Shown here piece after piece: positions 24,758-36,442 of a DNA stretch of 64,000 nucleotides. Source of the DNA: Vicugna vicugna (Eukaryota). The position numbers and the translations under genes were made by a program. The stretch covers positions 1,823,696 through 1,887,695 of the forward strand of contig MU058540.1 in assembly GCA_013265495.1 (NCBI GenBank), written 5' to 3'. The notes beneath the pieces were generated by a model, which saw only the letters and a program-made list of their open reading frames with translations, was not told the origin of the DNA and did not search any database. The stretch's first letter is position 1, and each line of letters starts with the position of its first letter.

Positions 24758-26392
24758 GTGAGTGATTCAGGGACTAAATCACTTGGGGCCAGGCCTCAGC
24801 AAAACCGTGAACGAGACCAAATTACCTTGTGTACTTTCCCACATCCCCTTTCTTCGTCTCCCCCTGCCAGTACCTGTTCACACCCAGCTATCTCCAGATG
24901 CTTAGAACTGCCTATATCAGAGCAATTATACCTCCTCCAAAGAAGTCCAAAGCTATACCTTTTCAGCACTCTGCTAGCCCTCCCAGTAGGAAAATGATCT
25001 GCAAATTCTATTTATAGAGAGGTGTAAATGCCTGATATATTACTGGGCATTTAAAAATGAAAACATTTAAAATCAAATGGCAGGATTTTAGACACTATGG
25101 CAGTCTGAGAAGGATGCTATATTAGGGGAATGGAGACCTCCCTGGGACATCTCTCCAGTTACTTCTGGTGGGCAACCAAGCCTGGGCCTGGTTCCAGATT
25201 TTCCCTTCCTACTTCTCCTACATATGGGAGAGCCAGGGCAGACTCAGCTCAGGGCCCCAGAGAGGGCATCCTGGGAGTAGAAGCCTAGAATTCAGCCCCT
25301 GCGTCCTCTACTCATGGGTGAAGCCAGAGCAGATCCCTGCCCCCCTGTCTCCAGTCAGCCTGCACCCTCCCTCTGTTTGCCCCCGTCCTCTGTTCATTCA
25401 GCCCTCTCCTGCCCCTTTAACCCTCATGGTGGCTGTGAAGACTCCAGGGTGAATTTAGGTCTTTAGAGTAGGGTACACGCGAGAGAGGTCCGCTGTATTT
25501 ACAAGAAATCCTGGCATGTCATCCATCTGCGCTCAGATTCATGTCCTTGCTTCCGTTTGTGGGAAGAGTTAGAGGAGCCACCTGAGTCCTGAACTGGTGT
25601 GCCCCACCACTCCTGGCTGAGACCCAGGAACCCCCAGACTGAAAGTCCTGGAGAGAGTTTCCCAAGAAGGGGCAGTAGAGGGACTTGTGTCTATCAGACA
25701 CTTGGCTAAGCGCTTCTGTCAGACCCCTGCCAGTCAGGGCAAGGTGGCCTCTCAGAGGCCAGAAAGCTGCTTGCTGCTGTGATCAACACGCAGTGTGAAC
25801 AAACTGCAGCAGGATGTACCCCAACCACCACTTCCTGTTCCTCTGTGACCGGTTTCCTGTCCCCGCCCTGCTTACTCCCACCTCCAGTCTCTTTGCCCTC
25901 CCACAGGGGAAGGATCCCCAGGGTTAGGGCTTGGGGCTTGGAATAAGGATTCAAATGGGATGCAGATCTGAGTGGAGTTCTGGCTACTGCCAACTTGCTT
26001 TATGATTCAGGACAAGTCTCCCTTTGAGCCTCAGTTTTATCTTCTGCAAAATGAGGATATTGGATGAGAGGGCCATTGTACCCCCTCTGACATTTGCTAA
26101 GATTTGTTGCCCCTTCCTGGCCTTTAGCTCCCATCTCACCCTGCTTTTAATTTGAGGCAGGAAGGAATGGGACTGGAGGTTGGGGAGGAGACTCCTGAAT
26201 TGAGGCTGGGGCTCTGGGATCCCCTCCCAAATCTCTACCCAAGTGTCCACCGGCATTTAGGCCTCTGCCCACCCCCCAACCCAACCGCTAGTCACCTCTG
26301 CCAAGGCTCTAGGAGCCTGATGGGAGTGCCCCCTGGTGTTGGGACTGGCACCCCTGCCTGCTGCAGCCACTAGGTCTTCCCTCCCCATCCAG

Positions 26393-26629
26393 GTTGAATA
26401 CCTGCTGAAGAAGGTACTCAGCAGCATGAGCTTGGAGGTGGGCTTGGGTGAGCTGGAGGAGCTGCTGGCCCAGGAGGCCCAGGCAGCCCAGACCACTGGC
26501 GGGCTCAGCGTCTGGCAGTTCCTGGAGCTCTTCAACTCAGGTCGCTGTCTGCGAGGTGTGGGGCGGGACACCCTCAGCATGGCCATCCACGAGGTCTACC
26601 AGGAGCTCATTCAAGATGTCCTGAAGCAG
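26393..26629 (+). CDS. DEF6: DEF6 exon 4; VEYLLKKVL...[14 protein letters not shown]
   Basis: atccag|GTT...CAG|gttagg, 237 nt; carries Y144 and Y210. Confidence 0.95.
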
Positions 26630-26716
26630 GTTAGGCCATGTTGGGAACCAGGGGAGGACCCCCAGAAGAGGCAAAGTAGGGGACAGTGATGCCTCTGACT
26701 TTGCTCTGGCTGGCAG

Positions 26717-26863
26717 GGCTACCTGTGGAAACGAGGGCACCTGAGGAGGAACTGGGCAGAACGCTGGTTCCAGCTGCAGCCCAGCTGCCTCTGCTATTTT
26801 GGGAGTGAAGACTGCAAGGAGAAAAGGGGTACCATCCCACTGGATGCACAGTGCTGCGTGGAG
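26717..26863 (+). CDS. DEF6: DEF6 exon 5; [18 protein letters not shown]...CCVE (PH domain)
   Basis: tggcag|GGC...GAG|gtgagg, 147 nt; PH-domain signature. Confidence 0.95.
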
Positions 26864-27010
26864 GTGAGGGGAACAGGTGAAGGGGTAGAGCCCCTCTCAA
26901 GGCCCAGAAGGTCTCCAGTGTAGAGTGAAGGCAAGGGGGTCTGGAGGAGGGCAAGCGGGAAAAGCCACAGTGACAAATTTCTGCTTAGATGAGTATAACC
27001 CGAATTGTTC

Positions 27011-27227
27011 AAGTTGACCCTTGAACAACATGGGTTGGAACTTTGTGGGTCCACGTATACGCAGATTTTTTCAATAAATACATACAGGAGTACTACACTA
27101 TCTGCAGCTGGTTGAATCTGCAGATGTGGAACCAGGATACTGAGGGCTGACTTTAAAATTATATGTGGATTTTCAACTGGGCAGAGTTTTGGCACCCCTA
27201 ACCCCTGTGTTGTTTAAGGGTCAGTTG
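27011..27227. mobile_element. Tigger2-derived MITE (MER8/Tigger2a-like)
   Basis: TIRs AGTTGACCCTTGAACAACA ... TGTTGTTTAAGGGTCAGTTG. Confidence 0.8.
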
Positions 27228-27274
27228 CACACCTGGGTGTCTCAAGGCCATTCTCAGCCATGTCAGTTGTCACA

Positions 27275-28060
27275 CTTTTTTTTTTATTTTAGAAAAGTAA
27301 CAGTTTATTTTTTTCTTCCAGTTTTATTGAGATATAATTGACATACAGTACTATATAAGTTTAAGGTGTACAGCATAATGATTCAACCTACATACATTAT
27401 AAAGTGATTAGCACAATAAGTTTACATCCATAAGTGAACATTCATCAGCTCAGATAGGTAAAAAATTAAATAGAAAAAATGTTTTTCTTGTGATGAGAAA
27501 TCTTATGATTTACTCTCTTAACACCTTTCATACATAACATACAGCAGTGTTAATTACATTTATCATGTGTAACAGTACATTCCTAGTACTTTTATCTTAT
27601 ATTTGGAAGTTTCTACCTTTATACTACCTTCATCCAATTTCCCCTTCTCCACCCTCCAGCTCCCCCACCTCTGATAACCACAAATCGAATCTTTTTCTAT
27701 AAATTTATTTTTGAAGTATAATTGACCTATAATACTCTGTTAGTTCCTGTTACACAACATGATGATTCTATATTTCTGTATATTTCAAACTGATCACCAT
27801 GATAGGTCTAGTTATGATATGTTACCACGCAAAGACAACTGTGTAACCATAGTTATTAACTATATTCCCCACACTGTACATTTCATAATGGTGACTCACT
27901 TATTTTGCAACTGTAAGTCTGTACATCTTAATCTTCCTCACCTATTTCTTTCCTCTCCCTAGCCCCCTACCCTCTAGCAAACAATGATTTGTTCTCTGTA
28001 TCTACAACTCTGTTTATGTTTTGTTTGTTCATTTGTTTTGTTTTTTAGATTCCATATGTC
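27275..28060 (-). mobile_element. L1 3'UTR fragment (L1MA-like)
   Basis: 'ttttattgagatataattgacatacag...tttagattccatatg' with poly-T end. Confidence 0.8.
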
Positions 28061-28339
28061 AACACTTTATAAAAAACTCAAACTGCAAATCAAATACTAA
28101 AGTTGTTGGTGAATAATGTGGATTTTGCTAAAAATTTCAGAAGAGATGATTTATGCCACGCTACCCTACAAAGCTTTCTAAAAATCCTCTTTAAAGTTAT
28201 TTCTCCTTCACCTAAATTCCATTCCCTTTGGCAACTCTATACTTCCATGTTCTTTCTCCACACCCCTCTTCTCTCCCTTCCCATCCCTTCTCTTCTCTTG
28301 GCTCTGCCCATTATTTCAGAGGCTTAAAATAACAATTTT

Positions 28340-28910
28340 TAAAGTTTAAGTAAAAATATATATGTAACATGAAATTTGCCATTTTAACCATTTTAAGTGT
28401 CACAATTCAGTAGCATTAAGTACCTTCATGTGTAACCATCACCACTATTTATTTCCAAAACTTTTTTTTATCATCCCAAACAGAAACTCTGTGCCCAATA
28501 AGCAATAACTCATCCTCCCTTCCTCCCAGCCCCTGATATCCTCTATTCTGCTTTCTGTCTCCATAAATTTGCCTATTCTAGGTGCCTCATATAAGTTGAA
28601 TCATACAATATTTGTCCTTCTCTGCTGGCTTCTTTCACTTAGCATAATGTTTTCAAGCATGTTGTGTTATGAATCAGGACTTCAGTCCTTTTAATGACTG
28701 AATAATATTCCATTGTAAGGATATACCATATTTTGTTTATCTGTTCATTTTTCTGTTTAACTTTTTTGAGGGACAGCCAATCTGTTTTTTATAGTGGCTG
28801 TACCATCTTACATTCTCAACAGTACTGTATGAAATTTCCAATTTCTCCACATCCTCACCAACACTTGGTATTTTACATTTAAAAACATTATTATTATAGC
28901 CATCCTAGGC
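28340..28910 (-). mobile_element. L1 3' fragment (L1MB-like)
   Basis: 'aaatttgccattttaaccattttaagtg...ttccaatttctccacatcctcaccaacacttg'. Confidence 0.8.
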
Positions 28911-29613
28911 TCTGTCCATTTTTGTCACATAAGGAGACAGGTGTCATTGTGGAAAGAGCACATATCTAGGCAGAAATCCGGTTCCATTTCTAACAGGCAG
29001 TATGAATTGGGCACGCTCCTGGACCTCTTAAAGCCTCAATTTCTTTCTCTGTAAAATGGAGCTAATAATCCCTGCCTGGAACAGACTCTAGAACACATGA
29101 AGCTCAGTAGCTATTATTTTCCACTAGACTGTAAGCTTAGGAAAGGCAGGGATTTTTTCTGTTAGGCACACCTCAGTATCCCAAATGCCGAGAGCAAGGA
29201 GTGGTGCTCAGTGGACATTACAAAATATCTGTGGAATGAATGAGTTCAGAACTTTCTCAACAGACAGGGCTATGTGCAAATGAGTGGTCTCAATACTGAG
29301 GACCCTGTCACTGGAGATGTTCAAGCATGATCTGCACACTGAGTGGCTGCTATGTGCTAGGCTCCATGGAGAAATACCAAGAGGACATCAGCCCCACCTT
29401 CAGAGAGCAAAGGCTACACGAGTTGTGGGGATACAATTATCCCCATAATTAACCTCCAAATCAGGCTGCACAGGCACCTGGCAGAGCGGGAGGGGTGCCC
29501 AGGGAAGATGGTCAGCCAGGAGGGGTACGGGCTTGAGCTGGAGTACCCCTGGGACGGGTGTGGCCCTGACCCCAGTGAAGCCAGCCTGTCTGGGGCCGCC
29601 TGCCCTCTGCCAG

Positions 29614-29722
29614 GTGCTGCCAGACCGAGAGGGGAAGCGCTGCATGTTCTGCGTGAAGACGGCCTCCCGCACGTACGAGATGAGCGCGTCAGACACGCGC
29701 CAGCGCCAGGAGTGGACAGCTG
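29614..29722 (+). CDS. DEF6: DEF6 exon 6; [36 protein letters not shown] (PH domain)
   Basis: tgccag|GTG...GCTG|gtgagt, 109 nt. Confidence 0.95.
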
Positions 29723-29913
29723 GTGAGTGCTGGCTGGGTGGCCTGGATCTGGAAGGGCCTCAGTCTGTGAAAAGGTGGTGATGCACTGTGCCCAGCGGGA
29801 GGCTGGAGACGGGACTTCTAAGCAACTCCTAAGGCCCCTTTCGGCGGTAGGCCACATCGAGGCTCCCCTGTCCCAGGCTAGCTCCGGCTGACCACCTCCC
29901 GCTCCCCCCTCAG

Positions 29914-30212
29914 CCATCCAGACGGCGATCCGGCTGCAGGCCGAGGGGAAGACTTCGCTGCACAAAGACCTGAAGCAGAAGCGACGTGAGCAGCGGGAGC
30001 AGCGGGAGCGGCGCCGGGCGGCCAAGGAGGAGGAGATGCTGCGGCTGCAGCAGCTACAGGAGGAGAAGGAGCGAAAGCTGCAGGAGCTGGAGCTGCTGCA
30101 GGAGGCGCAGCGGCAGGCCGAGCGCCTGCTGCAGGAGGAGGAGGAGCGGCGCCGAAGCCAGCACCGCGAGTTGCAACAGGCACTCGAGGGCCAGTTGCGC
30201 GAGGCGGAGCAG
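29914..30212 (+). CDS. DEF6: DEF6 exon 7; (A)[12 protein letters not shown]...QLREAEQ (coiled-coil/DH-like)
   Basis: cctcag|CC...CAG|gtgggg, 299 nt; E/Q/R-rich. Confidence 0.95.
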
Positions 30213-31298
30213 GTGGGGCCGCACCCGGGGTGGAGGCGGTGGGCTGAGGGCTAAGGTGAGGCCAGGGCTGGATGCAGAGCACGGGCGAGGGGGCGGGGGC
30301 GGGGCCGGGGCCACGGGCGGAGCCACACACCGACGAATGGATGTGGAGAGATGCGAGGGAGGCGAGGCTTGGAAAGAGGGACTTTGGGGACAGAGCCTGT
30401 GGGCTTCAAAGATGGACGTGGATCCGGACTGTGCCAGGGACGGGACCTATGGGATAAGGAACCTGGCCGAGGGATGGCTTGAGAGGAGAGATGGTGTGGG
30501 GAGGGGCCTGAGCCTATGAACTGGGGGTCCCGGAGCTGAGTGCTAGGTATAGAATGAGGCCTGGTTCGGAGACCTTGACTGGGAACGGGGCTTGGACAGA
30601 GGAGCATGATTGGGAATGAGTTTGACCCAAGGCTGGACTAGGTTGGACTAGACTTGATCTGAGTTTATAATGAAACCAGTTTGAGGAATGCAGGATGGGA
30701 GGAAGGTAGGACGAATGTGGAGGCGGACTAGGTGTGTAAAGGCAATTAGATTTAGGGTTTAAGAGATCTAGATCTGGAATCAGAGACACTGGGGATTCAA
30801 TCCCAGCTCTGCCTCTTAGGAACCCTGTGATCTCAGGCAAGTATCCTAGCCTTTCTATGCCTCAGTTACCTGTGACATGTTGATGGCAATATAACTTTGC
30901 TTATAGAAATATGGAGAGGATCAAACAAGGAAACACTTTGAGTTATAAATGTTAAAACAATTATAATTATAGTCACTCCCTTCCTAGCACTAGCCTTAAT
31001 TATAATTATAATGCATTCTATTATAATATATAATAGTAACTATTAAGGCCAATGCCAGGAAAGGGATGACTTGAGCCCCTTTCCCCCGTGCAACATGTAG
31101 TTCACTGATCACTATGTGACCTAATCAGGCTTTCAGAAGGGGATCAGATAAAGAAACCCTTACATGAAAGAACTTCCCAGACCCTCACCTGGAGATAACT
31201 AGTTAGGATGACCTAACAAATCCCTGGAGAAAGGGCGGCATACCTGCCGCCTCCCTCCCCCATGCCCCCGTTGACCTGGCTCTGCATCCCCCGAGCAG

Positions 31299-31465
31299 GC
31301 CCGGGCTTCCATGCAGGCTGAGATGGAGCTGAAGAAGGAGGAGGCTGCCCGGCAGCAGCAGCGCATCAAGGAGCTGGAGGAGATGCAGCTGAGGCTTCAG
31401 GAGGCCCTGCATTTGGAGGTGAAAGCTCGGCGGGATGAGGAGGCTGTGCGCCTAGCACAGACCAG
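31299..31465 (+). CDS. DEF6: DEF6 exon 8; [15 protein letters not shown]...VRLAQT(R)
   Basis: gagcag|GCC...ACCAG|gtagga, 167 nt. Confidence 0.93.
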
Positions 31466-31577
31466 GTAGGACTGAGGGACCCCTTCTGGTTCTCCTCCCT
31501 GACACCCCCACCCTTCCGCTTGCTGAGCACCTGCCAGGTGCCATGGCTCTGGAGGTGACACAGTGCACTCACGGCAG

Positions 31578-31776
31578 ACTGCTGGAGGAGGAAGAGGAGA
31601 AGTTGAAGCAGCTAATGCAGCTGAAGGAAGAACAGGAGCGTTACATCGAGCGGGCGCAGCAGGAGAAGCAAGAGCTGCAGCAGGAGATGGCACTGCAGAG
31701 CCGCTCCCTGCAGCAGGCCCAGCAGCAGCTGGAGGAGGTGCGGCAGAACCGGCAGAGGGCTGATGAGGACGTGGAG
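31578..31776 (+). CDS. DEF6: DEF6 exon 9; [16 protein letters not shown]...RADEDVE
   Basis: cggcag|A...GAG|gtgagg, 199 nt; within ORF 31543..31797. Confidence 0.93.
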
Positions 31777-32714
31777 GTGAGGCCTGAGGTGGGATAGGAT
31801 GGAGGCTGGCAGGTTGAACATGTCAAAGCACAGACTCTGGAACCTTCCCTCAAACCCTGGCTCTATCATTACCTGGCTGTGTGTCCTAGGACAAATTGCC
31901 TAACCTCTCTGAGTTTCCAGTCCCTCATCCAGGAAAGGAGATTGAAAATAACATTGTTGTGAAGATTAAACAAGATAACACATGCTATTTAGTATACAGC
32001 AAGCACTGAAGAAACACCAGCTGCCATTTTGTCGTTGTTATTAACCTGGGCAAAATTTTTCCTCCTATTCTTCCAGCCCCTACTTTGCTATCCCTGTACT
32101 TTGGCTCTACTCCTTGGAGCCTGAATTTCCATGGAAGAGGGCTTTTTTTTTTAACTCTTGCTGTTCTGTTTTTATTAATATTGATTATTTTATTTTGCTT
32201 TGTTGGCATACATGGTCATGGTAAAAAATTCGAACACAGAAATATGGATCATAGAAAGGAAAAGTTTCTCTATGATTCCCCACTCCCCAACCACTGCTAA
32301 TGGCTGGATGAACACTGGAGCAGAGGTTTTTGCATTAGGTGCTGGAGAGGTGGTGTGATACACTGGTTTAGAGCTCCATGTGTGCCCCTGGGCAAGTTAC
32401 TTCACCTCTTTTGAACTTGTTTGCTGTTAACTTTTACTCTGGAAGTTAAATGAGTTATTAGCCCATCTGAGCTGCTTAATAAGTGGAAACTATAATTATG
32501 ATTATTTTTGACCCTTTGAGGGTCTTTGAGTCCCTTGAAATTGGATGCCAACTCTGTTCCTATACATAACTCTTTATGAACATACATGTGTTTTTCTGGG
32601 GAGATAACCAGTAGACTTTGTCAGATTCGAAGAGGCCTGTGAACCTGAAAAGGTCAAGACACCCTGTCTTGGATGGTGGCTCTGGCCCACTCCTCACTCA
32701 TCCTGCCCCTACAG

Positions 32715-32805
32715 GCTGCCCAGCGGAAGCTGCGCCAGGCCAGTACCAATGTGAAACACTGGAATGTCCAGATGAACCGGCTCATGCATCCAATCAAACC
32801 TGGAG
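32715..32805 (+). CDS. DEF6: DEF6 exon 10; [30 protein letters not shown]
   Basis: ctacag|GCT...GGAG|gtgaga, 91 nt. Confidence 0.95.
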
Positions 32806-33002
32806 GTGAGAAGGGTTAGACCCTGGAGCTTGCCCTGGACTGGGCAAGGGAGGGAGGAAGGGATACCTCCAGATGTACAGAACCAGCACAGGACTGAAGG
32901 TCAAGGGGTTCTCGTCTCCCCCAAGGACAGAGGCAAGGCCACTCAACTTCTCCCCTTTGCTTGCACCTTGCTCCTTATTCATATCTGCCTTTCTTCTGCC
33001 AG

Positions 33003-33226
33003 ACAAGCGTCCCACCACCAGCAGCTCCTTCACAGGCTTCCAGCCCCCTCTACTTGCCCGCCGTGACTCCTCCCTAAAGCGCCTGACCCGCTGGGGATCC
33101 CGCAGTGACAGAACCCCCTCACCGAGCAGCAGTGAGCAGCAGAAGTCCCTCAATGGTGGGGATGAGGCTCCCATCTCGGCTTCCACCGCTCAGGAAGAAA
33201 AACTGGACCCAGCACCAGAAAATTAA
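33003..33226 (+). CDS. DEF6: DEF6 exon 11; (D)[15 protein letters not shown]...KLDPAPEN*
   Basis: tgccag|AC...AAT TAA; the 11 exons total 1896 nt = 631 aa + stop with an intact frame. Confidence 0.95.
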
Positions 33227-33562
33227 CCTCTGCTAGCCTCTCTTCCCCCTGACCTCATGCCTACTAGGACCTGGCCACAGCTGGCCTGTGAGTAACACCA
33301 GCCCCTGCAGAAGGAGCTGAAATCCTGGTGCCAAGGGACCATGCCCTCTGACCATGAAATAGTCCAAGATGGAACCTGGTTCATTTTTGCACCAGCCCCA
33401 GGCCCCAGACCACTGAGGCTGTCTGGGATGTTGGTCCTTAAGAACTTGATCCAGTGCCTTAACCCCAAGGGCCCTACACCCTGGGCTGGGAAAGAGAGTA
33501 AACAAGCAAGCCATGGGCCATCTGTCCCTAGATTGCTTCCAAGTTGTGGAGGCACATTTCTA

Positions 33563-33568
33563 AATAAA
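33563..33568 (+). terminator. DEF6: DEF6 polyadenylation signal
   Basis: AATAAA about 340 nt after the stop, with GT/T-rich sequence downstream. Confidence 0.85.
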
Positions 33569-33674
33569 AACTGCTCTTGGTATAAATTATTGACCAGGTC
33601 TGTTGTCTATTTCTCCTGTCATTGTCTCTCTTCCTCCCTCAAGTCCAGTTATAGGTCCCAGAAGGAATAAGATA

Positions 33675-33995
33675 TAATGCAGTGGCTAGAAAAGTACATT
33701 TTGTCACTTACCAACTGGGTAACCTTGGTCAAGTTTCTTCACCTCTCTCTGCTTCAGTTCCCACATTGGTAAAATAGGGATAATAGTACCTACTTTATAG
33801 GGTTGTTGTGGGGAGTAAGTGCTTGACACATGAGCAGGCACTATTATTGGTATCACCCAAAAGTGTTTATTGAGCATATATTCTATGCCCTGCAATTTAA
33901 TTCTCATGGCAACCCTGAGAGGTGGGTATTATTATTCTCATTTTATATCTGGGAAAATTCAGGCTCAGAGAGGTCAAGCAACTTGCCCAAAACCT
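33675..33995. mobile_element. Two MIRs in inverted, tail-to-tail arrangement
   Basis: 'cttcagttcccacattggtaaaatagggataatagtacc' followed by 'ttattattctcattttatatctgggaaaattcaggctcagagagg'. Confidence 0.65.
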
Positions 33996-34019
33996 TCCAA
34001 ACTTGCTTCTCTTCCCATA

Positions 34020-34920
34020 ATGTCTGACTTACCTATCTTGTTACCTAAGACAGAGATCTGGGAATCAAGGATGACTTACTCCCTCCCTCTCATCCCCCTC
34101 ATGCAAAACCCATCATTCAATCCAGTAGATTCTCTCTCCTTCATACCCTCATACCTATCCCTCTGTCTCCATCCCCATGGCTAATGACACGGCTAGGGCC
34201 TTTGACTCCTTCTCCATCTTGCCCCATATCTAATCAGTCTCCAAGTCCAATTGATTGGATTTTCTTGGTCACTCTCAAATATACTTCTTTGGGGCCATAT
34301 CTCATGGCCAGTGCCTTACTCTGGCCCTCGTCACCTCCCAACTGGATTACAGCCAAAATCAGGTCTCCTTGCTAACCCTTCTCCTAACAGCTGCCTGTAG
34401 GCTTTCTAAAATGCAGACCTTTCCCTGACTCTTTCCACTTTCCAGTCTCTCAGTGGTACCCAGAACAGTCAAGTTCACATTCCCATATGTGGCATACAAG
34501 GCCCAGGAGAGCCTCCTATGCCTCTGCTTTATAGATTTACTAGTAGCTCCCTCCTTTTCCTCCGTTTGGATCTGCACACTGGCTGTTCTTTCCACCTCCC
34601 TTCACATAACAGCCTCCATAACCAGATGTTTGAGTTCCTTGAGGGCAAGGACATATTTTTGTCAACTTATGTCCCCAGTGGCTAGCACCATGCTTGGCTT
34701 TTAGCAGGCATGAAACAAATATTTGTTGAATAAATTCTAAAATGAGTGACTGGGTATCACACAACTAGGTGATGAAGTAGCTAAGATTCTAACTCAAATA
34801 CATTCATTCAGCAAATTATTTGTTAAGCTATTATTATATGCCAGGTATTGGACTAGGTGTTGACTATGGCACAGAACAAAACAGATGGAGTCCTTGTCCT
34901 CCTAGGGCTTATACCCTATC
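34020..34920. mobile_element. L2 (+) 3' end followed by L2 (-) 3' end
   Basis: 'gagttccttgagggcaagg...aaatatttgttgaataaat' then 'cattcattcagcaaat...tatgccagg'. Confidence 0.65.
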
Positions 34921-35173
34921 TGATATCAAAGTTCATGTCTTTTGCAAATACACCAAACTCCATTGCAAGGAACTTCATTACAGTCCATTTAAAGTGTCAT
35001 GGAACAAAGCTACCAGTATAACACAATGCACATCTCAGGGATGGGAAGTGAGGTTCAAATTCAATATATGGTAGGAATTCAGAAAAAATGAAGTGTTAGG
35101 TAGGAGCTGGGATTCAAGACGGCCCTTAAAATTTTCAATAAGAGAGTAGAGAACGTGAGAAAAACATTAAGAC

Positions 35174-36442
35174 CAGTGGTCCTCTAATTGGAGTCGGGGT
35201 ATCTCTAGGGTATGAGGAGTTGTAAGAAAATTGATTCACAGATCCTTAACTTCCAAGTGTTCTCTTTACCATAACTGCTTTCTTCCTTCACAGTTTCACC
35301 TTCTCTACTTTTAGTCGCAAGGTTCACCACTCACCAACCCCGTATCTTTTGGAGTGGACTACCAAGAGGGGTCAAATTCCTGGAACATTAAACAAAGCAA
35401 CAATTCGAAATGCTGGTGTAGGACTGTGGGAGCTGAGAAAGGGAAAGCCTCAAAAGCCAGACAACAAATTCCCTTTGTTTTCAAGTCAGCAGGTTTCCAA
35501 ATCTTTGCTTTCAAAATCTGGAAGGATTTAATTGCATTGTCAGCTGAAAAAAAATCATTAACACAATTTAATAATAGATCTCTGTGATTTTTCATGGCAA
35601 ATAACAGAGTCAGATGCCATTGCGATATCAAAACTCTCTCAATTCTCATTTACTTATTTATGTGAACAAGGTTTCTCAGCTTAGAAATGAAAAACTAGGA
35701 CTACAGTTGACGTTGAAAGTAGTCTCATTCTAGCCATAAGTAATACTTAACTACGAAGATATGAACTACCTGGGGGAAAAGTAGCCTAACTATTTCATTA
35801 AGAAATACTTCCAATGTATTTTGGGGGGTTATGTTTAATACTTATAAAAATCATAATATTTATGTTGTTTTGCTCAATTGGGTATTGCTAATACTTATAA
35901 TGGCCACTCAAACCAGAAGAAAATTTGTAATTTCAACTTACATACATATTTTGGTTGCAGAGATGTAGGATATGGTGATCAATAAAAGAGCATAAGCATA
36001 AAAGCATAAAAACACGTTACATTAAGATTAGATTTTTGACTAACACAACACTGTAAATTAACTATACTTCAATTTAAAAAAGATTAGATTTTTGAGGGCA
36101 AAGTGGAATAGAAACACAAGTACAAGGAGAAAAAGAGACAATGTAAAATTTTTTATTGCTGAAGAAGAGCTTATTCGTGTATTTTTAAGATGGATGATGG
36201 TAAGCATCAAAAATCACTATGAGGTTTGAGCCTTATTCAATACATTTAAAAGGGTAATATAGTAGTTCTGTATTAAAATGTTAATGTTTATAAAATAGCA
36301 GAAATTACATCCATCCTCTGCAACCATTAAGTTTTAAACTAATGATGAAAAATATTAGACGTCACCTTAAAAATGTGCAAGGAGCTACATTAGTTCTTAT
36401 ATTCTTTTAGGAGTAGAGGGACAAACATTTTGCAGACTATTA
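35174..36442 (+). mobile_element. hAT-Charlie DNA transposon relic
   Basis: CAGTGG.. start; 35652-35678 translates TYLCEQGFS, a hAT transposase C-terminal dimerisation motif; AT-rich body. Confidence 0.65.
36040..36079 (+). mobile_element. 40-bp L1 3'-terminal insertion with 16-bp TSD
   Basis: AAGATTAGATTTTTGA at 36024-36039 and 36080-36095; insert resembles the L1 end at 55421-55454. Confidence 0.85.

Noticed and set aside
29414..30607. Several long overlapping ORFs on both strands (up to 203 aa)
   Set aside because: Shadow ORFs of GC-rich, low-complexity DEF6 exons 6-7
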